Source: Betaproteobacteria bacterium (GTDB lineage Bacteria > Pseudomonadota > Gammaproteobacteria > Burkholderiales > SG8-39). From it: 49,585 nucleotides of DNA. This document shows, piece by piece, positions 1 to 8,471 of this stretch. The notes beneath the pieces are model-generated. The model did not search any database and was not told the DNA's origin. It saw only the letters and a list, made by a program, of their open reading frames with translations. Both the position numbers and the translations under genes were made by a program. The stretch covers positions 1 through 49,585 of the forward strand of contig JAAOZY010000044.1 of NCBI GenBank assembly GCA_012274205.1. Reading direction: 5' to 3'. Position 1 is the stretch's first letter. Each line of letters opens with the position of its first letter.

Positions 1-247
1 CGGGCGTTGTCGGGGTAGACAGTTGGCGCGTCGCGTCCGCGCCCGAATTCGTCAGCTACTGCATTGGGAAGGGCCATGATGAGTCCAGAGAGTTGAGTCG
101 GGAAAAATTATGGAGCGAGGCACCGGTACGAGGCTGTACGCCAGCGCACATAGCGGTGCCTAAATTGCCGCGCCAGGCGGCGATCTGCGCTGGCAGCACT
201 CGACGGCAGATGGGTACCGATCGGTCGATTTCCCCATTGCGTCTGTA

Positions 248-262
248 CGCTTTCTGGCACGG
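248..262. repeat. 15-bp direct repeat, copy 1 (CGCTTTCTGGCACGG), upstream of the integrase
   Basis: Exact match to 1028-1042. Confidence 0.85.
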
Positions 263-373
263 GCCGCAACTTCCGCTTCTGGCCGGTTGTACGCAGTCAG
301 CACGTCGTCCGAAAGCCGCCCTTCGCCCAGAAGGAGAACAATCAGACTCCGATCAACAACGAAGGAGTCTGTC

Positions 374-988
374 ATGGAATTCACCGAACATCGGGAACCC
401 TGGAACAAAGGCAAACTGATCGGTCAGAAGCCGCCCCTCAAACCCAAAGACATCTGGGCCATCCGCATTCAACTCCAAAATGGGGGCCGGGCTCGAGACC
501 TGGCGATGTTCAATCTTGCAATCGACAGCAAGCTACGCGGCTGCGATCTGGTCAACCTGCGCGCTCGCGATATCACGCATGCCAATCAGATTCTTGCCCG
601 GGCGATGGTCGTGCAACGAAAAACCCAACGGCCGGTGCAGTTTGAAATAACAGAGCCTACGCGGACCGCTGTCGCGGCATGGATCGACAAGGCCAAACTG
701 AAGCCGGAGCAATGCTTGTTTCCAAGCCGTCTCGCCGACTCGCCCCATGTCTCAACGCGACAGTACGCCCGCATCGTGCATCAATGGGTTTCAGCAATTG
801 GTCTCGATTCAACGATCTATGGCACGCATGCAATGCGGCTGACCAAGGCGACGCTTATCTACAAACGGACGAAAAATCTGCGGGCTGTTCAGCTTCTGCT
901 TGGGCACACGAAGCTGGAAAGCACCGTGAGGTACCTTGGGATAGAGGTAGATGACGCTTTGGAGATCTCCGAACAGACCGAAATCTAG
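374..988 (+). CDS. Short tyrosine recombinase/integrase (204 aa, PWNKGK-type, essentially catalytic domain only)
   Basis: AAGGAG RBS at 362-367 before ATG 374; KLRGCDL (Arg), GTHAMR (HxxR), LLGH and TVRYLG (Tyr) motifs. Confidence 0.92.
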   Translation: MEFTEHREPWNKGKLIGQKPPLKPKDIWAIRIQLQNGGRARDLAMFNLAIDSKLRGCDLVNLRARDITHANQILARAMVVQRKTQRPVQFEITEPTRTAVAAWIDKAKLKPEQCLFPSRLADSPHVSTRQYARIVHQWVSAIGLDSTIYGTHAMRLTKATLIYKRTKNLRAVQLLLGHTKLESTVRYLGIEVDDALEISEQTEI

Positions 989-1002
989 CAATCACTCGCC
1001 CG

Positions 1003-1035
1003 GCGGTCGCATAGCTACACCTGCGACCGCTTTCT
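1003..1035 (+). terminator. Hairpin after the integrase, possible terminator
   Basis: GCGGTCGCA (1003-1011) / TGCGACCGC (1022-1030) followed by TTTCT; overlaps direct repeat copy 2. Confidence 0.45.
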
Positions 1036-1042
1036 GGCACGG
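1028..1042. repeat. 15-bp direct repeat, copy 2, downstream of the integrase
   Basis: Exact match to 248-262. Confidence 0.85.
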
Positions 1043-1238
1043 ATTTCAATACGTGCTCCCGGCCAATACCTGCCATTCGCGCACTTGGTCCAAAGCCGAT
1101 GCCGACCAGATGTCCTAGTCAAGACCGATCATTCAATCACCCGGTCGGCGCAACCTCAAGCGGTCCTGTATATTCGGTCGGTTGGTGTCACCGACAAGCC
1201 GGTGTGTGCCGTTCATGTCCAACATTAGGCGAAATCCC

Positions 1239-1436
1239 ATGTCCATTGGCCACTGCGGCATCGGATTCGGTGCAAAATCAGCCGCTCCAAAGATCTCGCT
1301 CGACTCGCTTTTTCTGGCTGCGCAGTTTATCGATCTGTTGTGGCCCACACTCTTGTTGCTCGGAATCGAACGCGTTCGAATCGTCCCCGACACGTATGAT
1401 TCCGACTATTTCGTGGCGTACATAGAATTTCAATAA
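1239..1436 (+). pseudogene. 5' fragment of a membrane-bound metal-dependent hydrolase-like gene
   Basis: MSIGHCGIGFGAKSAAPKISLDSLFLAAQFIDLLWPTLLLLGIERVRIVP resembles the MFIGHF...FxDLLWP N-terminus of that family; it stops after 65 aa. Confidence 0.6.
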
Positions 1437-1442
1437 GAATCC

Positions 1443-2654
1443 ATGCAAACCATGCTGAGCACTACGGAGATATTCCTGATCGCGATGGCGATCATCTTCA
1501 CCGTTCCGTATCTGATCTGGCGCGTGGGTAAGACTGACTATTACGCTCCCCTCGTGGTCGTGCAAATCATCACCGGAATTTTGCTAGGGCCCGGCATTTT
1601 AGGAAGAAGTTTTCCGGACTACTACGCCTTCGTCTTCACTCAGCCGGTCGTCCAATCGTTGAACGGCATCGCCTGGTGGGCAGTGATTATTTTCGTGTGG
1701 ATCGCCGGCATCGAACTGGACCTGAAGAAGGCCTGGGCGCATCGCCGGGAGAGTGCAATCACAGCCGGGCTCGCGCTCGCCACGCCGCTGCTGTTGGGCA
1801 GCATCGTGGCCGCGGGCATGCTGATGTACGACGGCTGGGTCGGTCCCGCGGCGATGACTTGGCAATTCGTCCTCGGAGTGGGCATGGCCTGTGCCGTTAC
1901 CGCGCTTCCCATCCTGATTCTGCTCATGGAGAAGCTGGAGATCCTGCGGCAGCCCATTGGGCAGCGAATCCTGCGCTATGCGAGCCTGGATGACATCGCC
2001 ATCTGGGGCGTGCTGGCCCTAATCCTGATGGACTGGCAGCGCGTAAGCATGCAGGGCGCGTTTCTATTTGCCTTTGCGGTTTGCAGTTACGGATTCCGCA
2101 AACTGATGGTGCGGCTGCCTGAGAAGGACCGCTGGTACGTAGGTTTGATCTGGCTCGCCGTGTGCGCCTTCGGCGCAGATTGGTCCGGGCTACATTTCAT
2201 GGTCGGGGCGTTCCTCTCGGGGGCCGTCATGGATAGCGATTGGTTCGACCAGAAGCAGATGGACCTGCTGCGACACCATGTGCTATTGGTCGTGATGCCG
2301 GTTTTTTTCCTGAGCACGGGTTTGAGAACCAATTGGAGCGTAGGTGGCGAGGCGGTGTTCATTGCCGCGGCCGCGTTGCTCTTCGCTTCGGTAGGGGGCA
2401 AGTTGCTCGGCGTTCAGATCGCGGGCAAGGTCCTCAAATGGCAGCCGGGCGAGGCTTCTATCATCGGTTGGCTGCTGCAGACGAAGGCGCTGATTATGAT
2501 CATCTTCGCCAATATCCTCATGGACAAGGGCGTCATTACCAGCGAGTCGTTCACGGCACTACTGCTGATGGCCATTGCGAGCACCATGCTTACGGTGCCC
2601 GTGGTATCACCGAAACTGGAACGCATGAAGAGCATCGTTACCCAGGCTGCCTGA
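1443..2654 (+). CDS. Cation:proton antiporter (CPA2 / Na+/H+ exchanger family)
   Basis: About 12 hydrophobic segments; GILLGP, AGIELD, TALPIL, ASLDD, PVFFLSTGL. Confidence 0.9.
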   Translation: MQTMLSTTEIFLIAMAIIFTVPYLIWRVGKTDYYAPLVVVQIITGILLGPGILGRSFPDYYAFVFTQPVVQSLNGIAWWAVIIFVWIAGIELDLKKAWAHRRESAITAGLALATPLLLGSIVAAGMLMYDGWVGPAAMTWQFVLGVGMACAVTALPILILLMEKLEILRQPIGQRILRYASLDDIAIWGVLALILMDWQRVSMQGAFLFAFAVCSYGFRKLMVRLPEKDRWYVGLIWLAVCAFGADWSGLHFMVGAFLSGAVMDSDWFDQKQMDLLRHHVLLVVMPVFFLSTGLRTNWSVGGEAVFIAAAALLFASVGGKLLGVQIAGKVLKWQPGEASIIGWLLQTKALIMIIFANILMDKGVITSESFTALLLMAIASTMLTVPVVSPKLERMKSIVTQAA

Positions 2655-2735
2655 TGGCACGGCTTCCGAACGTCGGGCGTCGCCTCGGCAACGAACGTGG
2701 AGTTCGACCGGAACGGGTCCTTCGCGGAAGACCGT

Positions 2736-2907
2736 GAATATCTGCTTCGGGTCGATAGTGTGAGTAGCGATTTTCGATAAGCAGCCGCTCGAATTTTCCG
2801 CCCCCGCTTTATTTTGTCTGGCCTCGTCGAGCGGCAGCAATGCACAGTGTAGCCGTCGTCCACGCCGCATAACGTCAATGGCAGTTCAGGCCGAATTGCA
2901 GTTATTC
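2736..2907. repeat. Cluster of degenerate two-armed (10-2-8-2-10) sites
   Basis: GAATATCTGC-TT-CGGGTCGA-TA (2736), GCAGCCGCTC (2781), GAGCGGCAGC-AA-TGCACAGTG-TA-GCCGTCGTCC (2829), CAATGGCAGT-TC-AGGCCGAA-TT-GCAGTTATTC (2876). Confidence 0.5.
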
Positions 2908-2938
2908 CGTTTCGGGGCGTATCTCCATAGCCGGTAGA

Positions 2939-5900
2939 ATGCGCGGGGTGAAACCCGAGCAAACTGACCGCAGGCGTCCGATCCCGCAGCACCCCCGCTA
3001 CTCCGCAGCCGAGCTCGAACTGCGCCGCGCCGCCTGCCCCAAGCCCGAATACCCGGAGGAGCTGCCGGTCAGCGCGCGCCGGGCGGACATCGCGCAGGCG
3101 ATCGAAAAGCATCAGGTGGTGATCGTCTGCGGCGAGACCGGCTCGGGCAAGACCACGCAGCTGCCCAAGATCCTGCTCGAACTCGGGCGCGGCATCGCCG
3201 GCCTGATCGGCCATACGCAGCCGCGGCGCATCGCCGCGCGCGCCACCGCGGCGCGCATCGCGCAGGAGCTGAAGGCCGAGCTCGGCGGCGCGGTCGGCTA
3301 CAAGATCCGCTTTTCCGACAAGATCAGCCCGCGCTCCTACATCAAGCTCATGACCGACGGCATCCTGCTGGCCGAAACCCAGGGCGACCGCGAGCTGCGC
3401 CAGTACGACGCGATCATCATCGACGAAGCGCACGAGCGCAGCCTCAATATCGATTTCCTGCTCGGTTACCTCAAACAGTTATTACCGCGCCGGCCCGAGC
3501 TGAAACTGGTGGTGACCTCCGCAACCATAGACGCAGAGCGCTTCTCCCGGCATTTCGGCAATGCGCCGGTGATCGAGGTGTCGGGCCGGCTGTATCCGGT
3601 GGAACAGCGCTACCGGCCGCCGGCGCAGGCGAAGACCGTGGGCGCCGCCGCGCTGCGCGCGGGTGTAACAGAGGCGCCGCGCGAGGCGCAGGATCCGGTC
3701 GAGGCCATCGTCGACGCGGTGGACGAAGCGGCGCGCTGCGGGCCGGGCGACGTGCTGGTGTTCCTGCCGGGCGAGCGCGAGATCCGCGAGGCGGCCGAGG
3801 GACTGCGCAAGCACCATCCGCCGCACACCGAAATCCTGCCGCTGTACGCGCGCCTGTCGGCGGCGGAGCAGGAGCGCGTGTTCAAGCCGCACGCGGGCCG
3901 GCGCATCGTGCTCGCGACGAATGTCGCCGAGACCTCGCTCACCGTGCCGGGCATACGCTACGTCGTCGACCCGGGCGAGGCGCGCATCAAGCGCTACAGC
4001 TACCGCAGCAAGGTGGAGCAGCTGCAGGTGGAAAAGATTTCCCAGGCGAGCGCCAACCAGCGCGCCGGGCGCTGCGGCCGCGTAGCGAGCGGCGTGTGCA
4101 TCCGCCTGTACGCCGAGGACGACTACAAGGCGCGTCCGGCCTACACCGAGCCCGAGCTGCTGCGCTCCTCGCTCGCCGGCGTGATCCTGAGGATGAAGTC
4201 GCTGCAGCTCGGGGAGGTGGAGGATTTTCCCTTTCTCGATGCGCCGCTGCCAAAGGCGGTGAGCGACGGCTACGGCCTGCTGGCCGAACTCGGCGCAGTG
4301 GACGAAGACCGGGAACTGACCGACATCGGCCGGCAGCTGGCGCGCCTGCCGCTCGACCCCTGCATCGCGCGCATGATCCTCGCGGCGAAAGCGGAGGGGA
4401 GCCTGGCCGAGGTGCTGATCATCGCCGCGGCGCTGTCGCTGCAGGATCCGCGCGAGCGGCCGCTGGAGCGGCAGGGCGCGGCCGATGCGGCGCAGGCCAA
4501 GTTCGACGACGAGAAATCCGACTTCCTCGCCTATCTGAAGCTGTGGAAGTTCTATCAGGACGCGCTCGAACACAAGAAATCGAACCGCAAGCTGATGGAT
4601 CTGTGCCGCGACCACTTCCTCTCGTACCGGCGCATGCGCGAATGGCGCGACGTGCACAGCCAGCTGCATACCTTCGTCGCCGAGCTCGGCTGGAAGCTGT
4701 CGGAGAAGGAGGCGAGCTACGCGCAGATCCACCGCGCCCTGCTCGCGGGGCTGCTCGGCAACATTGGCTGCAAGTCCGAGGACAGCGAACACTACCTCGG
4801 CGCGCGCGGCATCAAATTCCTGATCCACCCGGGCTCGGGCGTGGGCAAGAAAGCCGGGCGCTGGCTCATGGCGGCCGAAATCACCGAGACCACGCGGCTT
4901 TATGCGCGCTGCATCGCGCGCATCGAGCCGGAGTGGCTGGAGAGCATAGGCGCGCACCTGGTGCGGCGCCACCAGTACGAGCAGCACTGGGAGAAAAAGC
5001 CCGCGCACGTCGCCGCGTTCGAGCGCGCGACCCTTTACGGCATCCTGCTCTACGCCAACCGGCGCATCCACTACGGGCCGCTGGACCCGGCCGAATCGCG
5101 CCGCATATTCATCCGCCAGGCGCTGGTCGAGGGCGAGTACGACACGCGCGCGCCGTTCTTTGCGCACAACCGCAAGCTCATCCGCGACATCGAGACCCTC
5201 GAACACAAGTCGCGCCGCCCCGACGTGTTGGTGGACGAGGAGCTGATCTACGCCTTCTACGACAGCCTGATCCCGACGGGTATCCACAACGGCGCCGCGT
5301 TCGAGCACTGGCGCCGCGAAGCCGAGGCCGGCAATCCGAAGCTGCTCTACCTGAAGCGCGAAGATCTGATGCGGCACGAGGCCGCCGGCATCACCACCGA
5401 GCTGTTTCCGCACCAGCTAACCATCGGCGGGCGCAATTACGCGCTCGAATACCTGCACGATCCGGGCAATGCGCGCGACGGCCTCACGCTCACCGTGCCG
5501 CTGATCGCGCTCAATCAGCTTTCCGCCGCGCGCTGCGACTGGCTGGTGCCGGGCCTGCTCAAGGAAAAGGTCGCGCTTCTGGTGAAGACGCTGCCGCAGA
5601 AGCTGCGCCACAAGCTCGGGCCACTGCCCGAATTCGCCGAGGGCTTCGTCGAGGCGATGCAGGCGGCGGGGCAGCCGAAGGACGAGCTGGCGCTCACCGA
5701 AGCGATCGCGCGCCGGGCGCGCGAGGAATTGGGGCTGGTCGTGCCGCTCGACGCCTTCCGTCCCGAGCTGCTGTCCAGGCACCTGGCGATGAATTTCCGC
5801 GTGGTGGACGAGCACGGCCGGCAACTGGCCATGGGCCGGAACCTGGCGCAGTTGCGCGCCGAGCTGGGCGAGCAGGCCGGCGAGCAGTTCAGCGCCATCG

Positions 5901-6772
5901 CCCAGCCCAAGGCGGCGCTGTCCGGCATCAGGAGCTGGGACTTCGGCGAGCTGCAGGACATCATGGAAATCCGCCAGGGCGGGCAGACCCTCATCGGCTA
6001 CCCGGCGCTTATCGATCGCGGCGACAGCGTCGACCTGGAAGTGCTGGATGCGCCGCAGAAGGCGCGCGCGGCGCATCGCGACGGCCTGCGGCGCCTGTTC
6101 ATGCTGCAGCTGAAGGAACAGACGAAATACCTGGAGAAGAACCTGCCCGGGCTGCGCGACATGGCGATGCAGTTCCTGCCCTTCGGCGACGCGGCTTCGC
6201 TCAGGGACCAGTTGCTGCGCGTGACCTACGATCGCGCCTGCATGGCCGAGCCGCTGCCGACCATGCAGGCGGAGTTCCTGCGCCGCTGCGACGAAGGCAA
6301 AACGCGGCTGTCGCTGCTTGCCCAGGAAATCTGCCGCCTGGTCGGCAACATCCTGGCCGAACACCAGGCGCTGCAGAAGAAGCTGCAGGGGCTGAAGGCT
6401 CTGCCGCAGGTGCAGCGCGACATCGGCGAGCAACTGGCGCAGCTGCTGCCGAAGCACTTCATCGCCGCGACCGCCTGGGAGCGGCTGCAGCATTTCCCGC
6501 GCTATCTCAAGGCGGCGGCGCTGCGCCTCGAGAAGCTGCGCGTGGATCCGGCGCGCGACGCGCGCTGCAGCGCCGAATTCAATCCGCTGTGGCAGGCCTG
6601 GCTGCGCGAGGACCTGAAGCAGAGAAAGCAGGGTGTGGCCGATGCGCAGCTCGACCAGTTCCGCTGGCTGCTGGAGGAGCTGCGCGTGTCGCTGTACGCG
6701 CAGGAACTGCGCACGCCGGTGCCGGTGTCGGCGAAACGTCTGCTGAAAATGTGGCAGAGTATGCAGCGATGA
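2939..6772 (+). CDS. hrpA: ATP-dependent RNA helicase HrpA
   Basis: GETGSGKTTQ, DEAH, SAT, QRAGRCGR motifs; ~1280 aa with long C-terminal domain; start uncertain. Confidence 0.96.
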   Translation: MRGVKPEQTDRRRPIPQHPRYSAAELELRRAACPKPEYPEELPVSARRADIAQAIEKHQVVIVCGETGSGKTTQLPKILLELGRGIAGLIGHTQPRRIAARATAARIAQELKAELGGAVGYKIRFSDKISPRSYIKLMTDGILLAETQGDRELRQYDAIIIDEAHERSLNIDFLLGYLKQLLPRRPELKLVVTSATIDAERFSRHFGNAPVIEVSGRLYPVEQRYRPPAQAKTVGAAALRAGVTEAPREAQDPVEAIVDAVDEAARCGPGDVLVFLPGEREIREAAEGLRKHHPPHTEILPLYARLSAAEQERVFKPHAGRRIVLATNVAETSLTVPGIRYVVDPGEARIKRYSYRSKVEQLQVEKISQASANQRAGRCGRVASGVCIRLYAEDDYKARPAYTEPELLRSSLAGVILRMKSLQLGEVEDFPFLDAPLPKAVSDGYGLLAELGAVDEDRELTDIGRQLARLPLDPCIARMILAAKAEGSLAEVLIIAAALSLQDPRERPLERQGAADAAQAKFDDEKSDFLAYLKLWKFYQDALEHKKSNRKLMDLCRDHFLSYRRMREWRDVHSQLHTFVAELGWKLSEKEASYAQIHRALLAGLLGNIGCKSEDSEHYLGARGIKFLIHPGSGVGKKAGRWLMAAEITETTRLYARCIARIEPEWLESIGAHLVRRHQYEQHWEKKPAHVAAFERATLYGILLYANRRIHYGPLDPAESRRIFIRQALVEGEYDTRAPFFAHNRKLIRDIETLEHKSRRPDVLVDEELIYAFYDSLIPTGIHNGAAFEHWRREAEAGNPKLLYLKREDLMRHEAAGITTELFPHQLTIGGRNYALEYLHDPGNARDGLTLTVPLIALNQLSAARCDWLVPGLLKEKVALLVKTLPQKLRHKLGPLPEFAEGFVEAMQAAGQPKDELALTEAIARRAREELGLVVPLDAFRPELLSRHLAMNFRVVDEHGRQLAMGRNLAQLRAELGEQAGEQFSAIAQPKAALSGIRSWDFGELQDIMEIRQGGQTLIGYPALIDRGDSVDLEVLDAPQKARAAHRDGLRRLFMLQLKEQTKYLEKNLPGLRDMAMQFLPFGDAASLRDQLLRVTYDRACMAEPLPTMQAEFLRRCDEGKTRLSLLAQEICRLVGNILAEHQALQKKLQGLKALPQVQRDIGEQLAQLLPKHFIAATAWERLQHFPRYLKAAALRLEKLRVDPARDARCSAEFNPLWQAWLREDLKQRKQGVADAQLDQFRWLLEELRVSLYAQELRTPVPVSAKRLLKMWQSMQR

Positions 6773-6789
6773 AGGAGCGTAACCGGGCG

Positions 6790-6878
6790 TAACCGGGGAC
6801 AGACCACGTTTTTCCGTTGCAGAAACCGGGAGTCTACTTAACAAACGTTGTTGAAAAAACGTGGTCTGTCCCCGGTTA
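6790..6878. repeat. Perfect 24-bp inverted repeat, REP/MITE-like
   Basis: TAACCGGGGACAGACCACGTTTTT (6790-6813) / AAAAACGTGGTCTGTCCCCGGTTA (6855-6878) around a 41-bp spacer. Confidence 0.85.
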
Positions 6879-6895
6879 TTCTTGGAGATGCCCGC

Positions 6896-7630
6896 ATGAG
6901 TGAAATCACCAAGGCCTTGATCAAAGCGTTCGCGAGCCTGCTGCATCCGCGCATGCTGCTGCTGATGCTGTGGCCGCTCGCCATTGCGCTGGTTTTGTGG
7001 CTCGGCCTCGCGTTCGCGTTCTGGTCGCAGGCGGCGGCCTGGCTGCAACTGCAGTTCCAGCAGTCGGCCCTGATCGACTGGGCCATCACGGTGTGGCCGC
7101 TGATGTACATTGCCACGCATCTCGCCTGGATCCTGCTCGCACTGCTGTTCGTGCCGCCGGTGCTGGTCACGGCGGTGCTGATCATCGGCGTCTTTTCGAT
7201 GCCCGCAATGGTCGGGCACGTGTCCGAGCGCGCCTATCCGCGGCTCGAGCGCCGGCGGGGCGGCACGTTTGCCGGGAGCGCGTGGAACAGCGTGGCTGCG
7301 CTGCTCTGGCTCATCGTGCTGACGCTACTGTCGCTGCCGCTGTGGTTTATCCCGCTGCTGTGGCCGGTGTTGCCGATCGTGCTGTTCGGCTACCTCAATC
7401 AGCGGGTATTTCGCTATGACGCGCTGGCCGAGCACGCCAGCGCCTTGGAGATGGATACGCTGATCCGGCGACACCGCCGCGAATTGTTTCTGCTCGGCGC
7501 AGCGCTCGCGCTGTGCGGCCTGATCCCGCTGCTCGGGTTTTTCATTCCGGTGTACGGCGGGCTCGCGTTCATCCACTACTGTCTGGCCCGACTCGCGCAG
7601 CTGCGCGACGAGCCGGTCGCGACGCAATAG
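6896..7630 (+). CDS. EI24/CysZ-like membrane protein
   Basis: GGAG RBS; multi-TM; YPRLERRRGG and YDALAEHA motifs. Confidence 0.8.
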   Translation: MSEITKALIKAFASLLHPRMLLLMLWPLAIALVLWLGLAFAFWSQAAAWLQLQFQQSALIDWAITVWPLMYIATHLAWILLALLFVPPVLVTAVLIIGVFSMPAMVGHVSERAYPRLERRRGGTFAGSAWNSVAALLWLIVLTLLSLPLWFIPLLWPVLPIVLFGYLNQRVFRYDALAEHASALEMDTLIRRHRRELFLLGAALALCGLIPLLGFFIPVYGGLAFIHYCLARLAQLRDEPVATQ

Positions 7631-7651
7631 CAGACTCGAAGGAGAGCACCG

Positions 7652-8413
7652 ATGCATTTCGGCGCAATCATCATCGGCGATGAAATCATGCGCGGCAAGC
7701 GCCAGGACAAGCACATGGCGCAGCTGATCGCGATCCTGCGCAGCCGCGGCCTCGCGCTCGCCTGGTGCCAGTACCTGGGCGACGACCCGGCGCTGATCAC
7801 GGCCACGCTCAGGCGCACGCTAGCGGGACCGGACATCGTGTTCAGCTTCGGTGGCATCGGCGCGACCCCGGACGACCACACGCGCGCCTGCGCCGCCGCC
7901 GCGGCCGGCGTGGAACTCGAGTTGCATCCGGAGGCCGAGGCCGAGATCCGCGCCCGCTTCGGCGCCGACACCACGCCCAACCGGCTCAAGATGGGCGAAT
8001 TCCCGCGCGGCTCCGCAACGATACCGAACGACTACAACCGCATCCGCGGTTTCTCGCTGGGCGAGCATCACTTCGTGCCGGGCTTCCCCATCATGGCCTG
8101 GCCCATGGTCGAGTGGGTGCTCGACCATCGCTATTCACACCTGTTCCACACGCGTGCCGAAACCGAGGCCTCGATCATCGTGTACGAGTCGGCCGAGAGC
8201 ACGCTCACGCCGCTGATGGAGGCGGTCGAGGCGAAATACCGCGGCCTCAAGGTGTTCAGCCTGCCGAGCGTGGGCGAGGGCGGCCGGCGCCGCCATATCG
8301 AACTCGGCGTGCGCGGCGCGCCCGGGGAAGTGCCGGCCGCGCTGGATGAACTCAAACGCGGCGTGAACGAGACCGGCGGGACCTGGGAGGCGCTCGGCGC
8401 ACCGCCAGCGTAG
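7652..8413 (+). CDS. Molybdopterin-binding (CinA N-terminal-like) protein
   Basis: IIIGDEI..GKRQD, FGGIGATPDDHT, PGFP. Confidence 0.9.
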   Translation: MHFGAIIIGDEIMRGKRQDKHMAQLIAILRSRGLALAWCQYLGDDPALITATLRRTLAGPDIVFSFGGIGATPDDHTRACAAAAAGVELELHPEAEAEIRARFGADTTPNRLKMGEFPRGSATIPNDYNRIRGFSLGEHHFVPGFPIMAWPMVEWVLDHRYSHLFHTRAETEASIIVYESAESTLTPLMEAVEAKYRGLKVFSLPSVGEGGRRRHIELGVRGAPGEVPAALDELKRGVNETGGTWEALGAPPA

Positions 8414-8471
8414 CTCGAGCCGTCGCCATGACTAAGGGTCCCGCGTTCGAACCACGACTGCAGTGCGCGGA

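Noticed and set aside
1..77. Possible minus-strand gene start (MALPNAVADEF...) running off the window
   Set aside because: Too short, weak RBS, no recognisable motif.
287..373. ORF-track N-terminal extension of the integrase
   Set aside because: A strong RBS precedes ATG 374 and the family-like sequence begins there.
240..2910. Classical integron (intI/attC) or CRISPR interpretation of the repeats
   Set aside because: The integrase is too short for IntI; no clear RYYYAAC...GTTRRRY attC pairs; repeats are neither identical nor regularly spaced; no cas genes.
3482..7219. Long alternative-frame and antisense ORFs over hrpA (643, 898, 600 aa), and similar ones over lon, the mutase, zwf, kef and rsmB
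   Set aside because: Arg/Ala/Gly-rich shadows expected from high-GC codon bias; no motifs; they overlap well-supported genes.
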